Assembly: GCA_951406725.2 (NCBI GenBank)
Contig: OX597824.1
Coordinates: 48,050,001 to 48,114,000 of the forward strand
Length of the DNA: 64,000 nucleotides
Source of the DNA: Octopus vulgaris
Lineage: Eukaryota
Reading direction: 5' to 3'
The notes under the pieces were generated by a model. It was not told the origin of the DNA. It worked only from the letters and a program-made list of their open reading frames with translations, and did no database searches. Positions 56,760 to 64,000 of this stretch are shown here, piece by piece (the stretch's first letter is position 1; every line of letters starts with the position of its first letter). Both the position numbers and the translations under genes were made by a program.

Positions 56760-56761
<2 letters not shown>
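56574..56761 (-). mobile_element. Penelope-type terminal-repeat relic folded into a 120-bp palindrome with a hammerhead-like core
   Basis: Near-perfect ~55-bp inverted arms within 56642-56761. Minus strand reads CTGAACA TTTC TCTT GAAT GAAA CAGTACTA GTC, followed by AATAAA. Confidence 0.6.
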
Positions 56762-56810
<49 letters not shown>

Positions 56811-56871
56811 TATACATATATATATACATATATATACATATATATATACATATATATATACATATATATAC

Positions 56872-56918
<47 letters not shown>

Positions 56919-56939
56919 CATATATATACATATATATAC

Positions 56940-56974
<35 letters not shown>

Positions 56975-57030
56975 AATATACATATATATATATATATATA
57001 CATATATATAAATATACATATATATATATA

Positions 57031-57462
57031 TGGCTTCATGACTTTCTGAAGGATAGAAGTCAGGTGGTAGTAGCCAATGGGACCACCTCCATTAACACAC
57101 AAATAGTGAGCGGTGTTCCGCAGGGCACTGTTCTGGGACCACTACTGTCCATAATGGCCCTCTCAGACATGCCCTCAGCCACGCAGAGAGCCACGATCAC
57201 AAGTTATGCAGATGATACAAAAGTTTCACAGGCAATACAGAACCCTGAGGACACTAAACACCTGCAATGTGAGCTGGACGAAATATACAAGTGGGCTGAA
57301 AAGAATAGCATGCAGTTCAATGCTGGAAAGTTTCAAGCTTTATACTATCAGCATGCAAAACTGAATGCAATATCCAATGAATACACTGGACCCGGAGGGA
57401 TTGCAATCCCAGAGGCACAATCAGTGCATCATATATATATATATACATATATATATACACAC

Positions 57463-57493
<31 letters not shown>

Positions 57494-57652
57494 CATATAT
57501 ACATATATATATATACATATATACATATATACATATATACACATATATATATATACATATATATATATACATATATATATATACATATATATATATACAT
57601 ATATATATATACATATATATATACATATATATATATACATATATATATATAC

Positions 57653-57713
<61 letters not shown>

Positions 57714-57732
57714 TATATACATATATATATAC

Positions 57733-57803
<71 letters not shown>

Positions 57804-57940
57804 CATATATATACACATATATATATATATATACATATATATATACATATATATATATATACATATATATACATATATATATATATACATATATATATAC
57901 ATATATATATACATATATATATATATACATATATATATAC

Positions 57941-58017
<77 letters not shown>

Positions 58018-58554
58018 CATATATATATACATATATATATACATATATATACATATATATATACATATATATATACATATATATATACATATATATACAT
58101 ATATATATACATATATATATACATATATTTATACATATATATATACATATACATATATATATATATATATACATATATATATACATATACATATATATAT
58201 ACATATACATATATATATACATATACATATATATATATACATATATATATACATATACATATATATATATACATATACATATATACATATACATATATAT
58301 ATATATACATATACATATATACATATATATATATATACATATACATATATACATATACATATATATATATATACATAGGTTATAAAATGAGATAGGGGTT
58401 GAAAATTCAACCCACCATGGGATAATATATATCCAATATACTTGAGTATCATCGGATAGTTGATGTTTTACTGATTTAAGTATGTTTCTCCATTCTCTAA
58501 TTTTGTAGTTATATATATACATATATACATATACATATATACATATACATATAC

Positions 58555-58603
<49 letters not shown>

Positions 58604-58654
58604 CATATATATATACATATATATATACATATATATATATATACATATATATAC

Positions 58655-58685
<31 letters not shown>

Positions 58686-58716
58686 CATATATATATATAC
58701 ATATATATATATATAC

Positions 58717-58803
<87 letters not shown>

Positions 58804-59436
58804 TACATATATATATATACATATATATACATATATATATATATACATCATCCAGTGTCAAGTTGATCACAGAACTTGAGGCGATCCAACGAAGCTACAC
58901 GAAGAAGATAGCCTCTATGCAGAATGTAAGCTACTGGGAAAGACTCAAGAGATTAAAATTATATTCCCTGGAGCGTAGGCGGGAAAGATATGCCATAATA
59001 TACATCTGGAAGATCCTGGAGGGAAGTGTCCTGAACTTTGGCATCGAGAGTTACGCAAACGCCAGAACTGGGCGCCACTGCGTGGTGCCTAGGACTCCAA
59101 ACTTGCCATCAAGATGTAGGACAAGATTCTGTGATAGCCTGGGCTTCCGAGGCCCACAGCTCTTCAATATCCTCCTGATGAACCTGAGAGACCTGCATGG
59201 GGTGGATACAGATGTCTTTAAAATGGAGCTGGATCTCTTCCTGTCAGGTGTCCCAGATGAACCAACTTCACGGCAGGAGGGGCAGATGAGGGCAGCTGCA
59301 TCGAACTCTCTCATGCACCAAATAGCAGTTGCTAGAAAGCCTCCATGAAGTGAAAGCAAGTAGCAACACCAAATGGCGGTGCCCCAGCATGGCCACAGCT
59401 CATAAGCTGAAACTGGAATCAATCAATCAATCAATC
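57031..59436 (+). mobile_element. CR1-group LINE in two pieces (57031-57432 and 58846-59436) with internal deletion and 1.4-kb interruption
   Basis: [10 protein letters not shown] and YADDTK in piece 1; [17 protein letters not shown] and ASNSL in piece 2; tail stem-loop + (AATC)n. The RDLG...LWSP segment is missing. Confidence 0.92.
58377..58510. repeat. Short hairpin-bearing element inside (TA)n (copy 2)
   Basis: Shares ~56 identical bp with 44528-44583; distal sequence differs. Confidence 0.8.
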
Positions 59437-59469
<33 letters not shown>

Positions 59470-59471
59470 TC

Positions 59472-60632
59472 CTTAAATCCTTAAAAATGTTTTAGCCCGA
59501 AGGCCGCGGCCATGCTGGGGCACCACCGCTGAATGAGCTACACTAGTTTGTGAATCCACCTCTGATACGTGGCACTTGATCAACAAGGGAGTTCGATGCT
59601 GCTGCCCGCATCCGTGTCTCCTGTCGTGAGGTAGGTTCATCTGGGACTCCCAACAAGAAGAGATCCAGTTTAGTTTTAAAGAAACCCACATCCACACCAT
59701 GTAAGTCTCTCAGGCATTCAGGGAGGATGTTAAAGAGCTGTGGTCCTCTGAAACCCAAGCTGTTGCAGTATCTGGACCTGTATTTTGATGGTGATGTTGG
59801 AATCCTTGGCACCACGCAGCGGCCCCCCGTTCTGCGGTTGGAGTAACTTTGAATGCCAAAGTTTGGGACAAGACCCTCCAGGATTTTCCAGATGTATATC
59901 ACTGCATATCTCTCCCGCCTCCGCTCCAGGGAGAAGAGGTTTAATACCTTCAGTCTTTCCCAGTAGCTGACATTTTGCATTGAGACGATTTTCTTTGTGT
60001 AGCTTCTCTGAGTTGCTTCGAGTTCTGCTGTTTGTTTTATATTGTGTGGTGACCAAAGTTGGGAGCAGTAGTCCAAGCAGCTGAGGACAAATGTTTTCCA
60101 TAGGATCATCAGTGTCTCCTTCTCTCTTGTTCTGAAAGTTCGGAGAATCCATCCAGCTAGCCGTCTGCATTTTATCACCAGATTAGCAATATGCATTTGG
60201 AAAGATGCATCATTGCTCATGTCAATGCCCAGGTCACGCACTGATTTTGACTCAGGGATTGCAATTCTTCCTGCGCCAGTGTATCCAGTCTTCACATCAT
60301 TTACCTTTGTGTGCCAGTAGCGCAGGGCCTGGAACTTACCTGCATTAAACTGCATGTTGTTGTCCTCAGCCCACCTGTATATTGTGTCCAGCTCATGTTG
60401 CAGATGCGCAATATTTTCAGGGTTTTGTATTGCGTGGGAGACTTTTGTGTCATCTGCATAGCTAGCAAGGGTGGTCATCGTAGCAACTGAAGGCATGTCT
60501 GAAAGGGCTACTATGAACATCAGTGGCCCCAAGACAGTGCCCTGTGGGACACCGCTTGTTATTTGCGTTTCCCTGGAGGTGGCTCCATTGCTCACAACTG
60601 CCTGTTTTCTGTCTTTTAGGAAGTTGTGCAGC

Positions 60633-60636
<4 letters not shown>
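59472..60636 (-). mobile_element. 5'-truncated CR1-group LINE with uninterrupted ORF2 3' part (RT motifs to C-terminus)
   Basis: Open frame of about 360 codons: [51 protein letters not shown]. Tail stem-loop + (TTTAAGGA)n. Confidence 0.96.
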
Positions 60637-60681
<45 letters not shown>

Positions 60682-60682
<1 letters not shown>

Positions 60683-62213
60683 GGTAAACTGCCCAGGGCG
60701 CTAAAAGAAGGCACCATATGCCCTATCCACAAAGGAGGGAGTAGAGCAGAGGCCAAAAACTACAGGCCAGTCTCCCTGACGTCACACATAAGTAAGGTCA
60801 TGGAACGAATCATCAGAAAAAAACTGATCACGTTCCTCGAAGAAACTAACCGTCTCACTGACACACAGCATGGCTTTCGCCCAGGAAGAAGCTGCCTTAC
60901 AACACTACGACTGGGTACTGAAACAACTACTGGATCGCTCACAGGTGGATGTGGTATATCTCGACTTTGCGAAGGTCTTTGACAAAGTCGACCACGGAGT
61001 GATATGTCACAAATTACTCAGACTCGGCATAACAGGAAAAGCAGGTGAGTGGATACATGACTTCCTGAAGGACAGAAGCCAGATGGTTGCAGCCAATGTA
61101 GCCCTCTCGGGAAAGACACCAATAGCAAGCAGGGTGCCACAGGGCACAGTCTTGGGACCCTTGCTGTTTTTGGTGGCACTCTCTGACATGCCCTTGGTAG
61201 CACAAACAACATCCCTCACTAGCTATGCTGATGACACAAAGGTAGCACAGGCAATCAAAAACCCAGCTGATGCTGACCTTTTACAACAAGATCTGGATGC
61301 CATATACAAATGGGCTGAAGACAACAACATGCAAATTAATGCTGGTAAATTTCAAGCCTTACAATATCAAGCTGTAAACACATATACATTACAACACAAC
61401 TATACTGGTCCAGGAGGGATCGAAATCCCAGTATCGAAATCAATACGGGACCTGGGGATAGACATGAGTGATGATGCATCTTTTTCTTCACACATCGCGA
61501 AGGTGGCGACAATGTGCAGACGTCTCACTGGCTGGATCCTGAGGACATTCCGGACAAGAGACTGCGAGACCATGTTGACACTATGGAGGACATTTGTCCT
61601 AAGCCGCCTGGACTACTGCTCCCAACTGTGGTCACCGCATAGTGTCAAACTAACCACAGAGCTTGAGACAATCCAAAGACATTTCACCAAGAGGATTTCC
61701 ACCATGAAAGAAAAGAACTATTGGGAGAGGCTTAGGGAACTCAATTTGTACTCCTTGGAACGAAGACGAGAAAGATATGCAGTGATATACATATGGAAAA
61801 TCCTGGACGGACTAGCACCAAATTTTGGAATTGAGAGCTGTTCCAATCCCCGTACAGGACGTCACTGTGTGGTGCAAAAGGTCCCGTCTTCCACATCCAG
61901 GGTAAGGAGCAGATACTGAAATAGCCTGGGGTTCAGGGGCCCTCAGCTGTTTAACAAACTGCCAAGAAAACTAAGAGATCTACATGATGCGGATGTGGAC
62001 ATTTTCAAAAAACATCTAGACAAGCTGCTTTCCGGGATCCCAGATGAACCCACTGCAAGGTATGAAGGTAACCTAAGGGCAGCAGCTACAAACTCTCTCT
62101 TAGATCAGTGGCCAGCCACGGCAAACTGGACTTAGAGAGGGTAGCAACAAGGGCGGTGCCCCAGCATGGCCTCAGCCGGATGGCTGAAACAAGTAAAAGT
62201 AGAGTAAAAGAGT
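60682..62213 (+). mobile_element. 5'-truncated CR1-group LINE ORF2 (frameshift ~60900, premature TGA 61917-61919)
   Basis: [53 protein letters not shown]; tail + (GTAAAAGA)n. Confidence 0.97.
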
Positions 62214-62477
62214 ACAATATATATATATACATATATATATACGTACATACATATATATACATACATATATACATACATACATATATATATACATATATAT
62301 ATACATACATATATATATACATATACATATATATATACATATACATATATATATACATATATATATATACATATACATATATATATACATACATATATAT
62401 ATACATATACATATATATATACATATACATATATATATACATATATATATATACATATACATATATATAATACATAC

Positions 62478-62531
<54 letters not shown>

Positions 62532-62616
62532 ATATATACATACATATATATATACATATACATATATATATACATACATATATATATATATACATATAAT
62601 ATACATATATATATAC

Positions 62617-62647
<31 letters not shown>

Positions 62648-62666
62648 CATACATATACATATATAA

Positions 62667-62784
<118 letters not shown>

Positions 62785-62807
62785 TATACATACATATACA
62801 TACATAT

Positions 62808-63079
<272 letters not shown>

Positions 63080-63084
63080 TATAT

Positions 63085-63129
63085 GGCGATGGCCACAGCT
63101 CATTAGCTGAAACTGGAAAAATCAAAATC
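63085..63129 (+). mobile_element. Ultra-short LINE tail (stem-loop only) of the 58846-59436 family
   Basis: ATGGCCACAGCTCATTAGCTGAAACTGGAA..ATC matches 59389-59420. Confidence 0.8.
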
Positions 63130-63139
63130 ATATATACAC

Positions 63140-63230
<91 letters not shown>

Positions 63231-63235
63231 TATAC

Positions 63236-63266
<31 letters not shown>

Positions 63267-63325
63267 TATATACACATATATATACATACATACATATATA
63301 TACATATATATATATACATATATAT

Positions 63326-63380
<55 letters not shown>

Positions 63381-63531
63381 TATATACATACATACATATA
63401 TATATACATATATATATACATACATACATATATATATACATACATACATACATATATATATACATACATACATATATATATACATACATATATATATATA
63501 TATATACATACATATATATACACATACATAC

Positions 63532-63564
<33 letters not shown>

Positions 63565-63640
63565 CATACATATATATATACATATATATATATACATACA
63601 TATATATATATATATATACATATATACATATACATATATA

Positions 63641-64000
63641 CTCTTTTACTCTTTTACTTGTTTCAGCCATCCGGCTGAGGCCATGCTGGGGCACCGCCCT
63701 TGTTGCTACCCTCTCTAAGTCCAGTTTGCCGTGGCTGGCCACTGATCTAAGAGAGAGTTTGTAGCTGCTGCCCTTAGGTTACCTTCGTACCTTGCAGTGG
63801 GTTCATCTGGGATCCCGGAAAGCAGCTTGTCTAGATGTTTTTGAAAATGTCCACATCCGCATCATGTAGATCTCTTAGTTTTCTTGGCAGTTTGTTGAAA
63901 AGCTGAGGGCCCCTGAACCCCAGGCTATTACAGTATCTGCTCCTTACCCTGGATGTGGAAGACGGGACCTTTGGCACCACACAGTGACGTCCTGTACGGG
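63641..64000 (-). mobile_element. Inverted near-identical copy of the 60682-62213 LINE, running off the window end
   Basis: Reverse complement of 61849-62213 with only a few differences; has TGT (Cys) where the other copy has TGA. Confidence 0.96.

Noticed and set aside
57064-58395. 443-aa RT-microsatellite fusion ORF
   Set aside because: Accidental read-through from a truncated LINE fragment into the TA array.

Overview
AT-rich eukaryotic (animal) genomic DNA, most likely from an octopod cephalopod. That assignment is inferred from the SINE families and the extreme (TA)n load; no search was run. The only host gene I can support is a plasma-membrane Ca2+-ATPase (PMCA/ATP2B) on the minus strand. 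Four phase-compatible GT-AG exons lie at 4390-1035 and include the TM4 PEGL motif and the DKTGT phosphorylation motif. Everything above 4390 appears to be intronic sequence at the PMCA first-cytosolic-loop 'splice site A', containing three candidate symmetric phase-1 cassette exons (30, 78 and 18 nt). From 8 to 41 kb the intron holds old nested repeats: SINEs, CR1-group and RTE LINE relics, maT- and hAT-type transposon relics, Penelope-type hammerhead relics and a 28S rRNA fragment. From 41 to 64 kb it is a strand-biased (TA/CA)n field with younger insertions: a DD36E Tc1, an RTE with a PHD finger inside its RT region, Helitron derivatives and several CR1-group LINEs, often as inverted pairs. 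The long Tyr/Ile-rich ORFs in the track are microsatellite artefacts. All family names come from motif recognition by eye.
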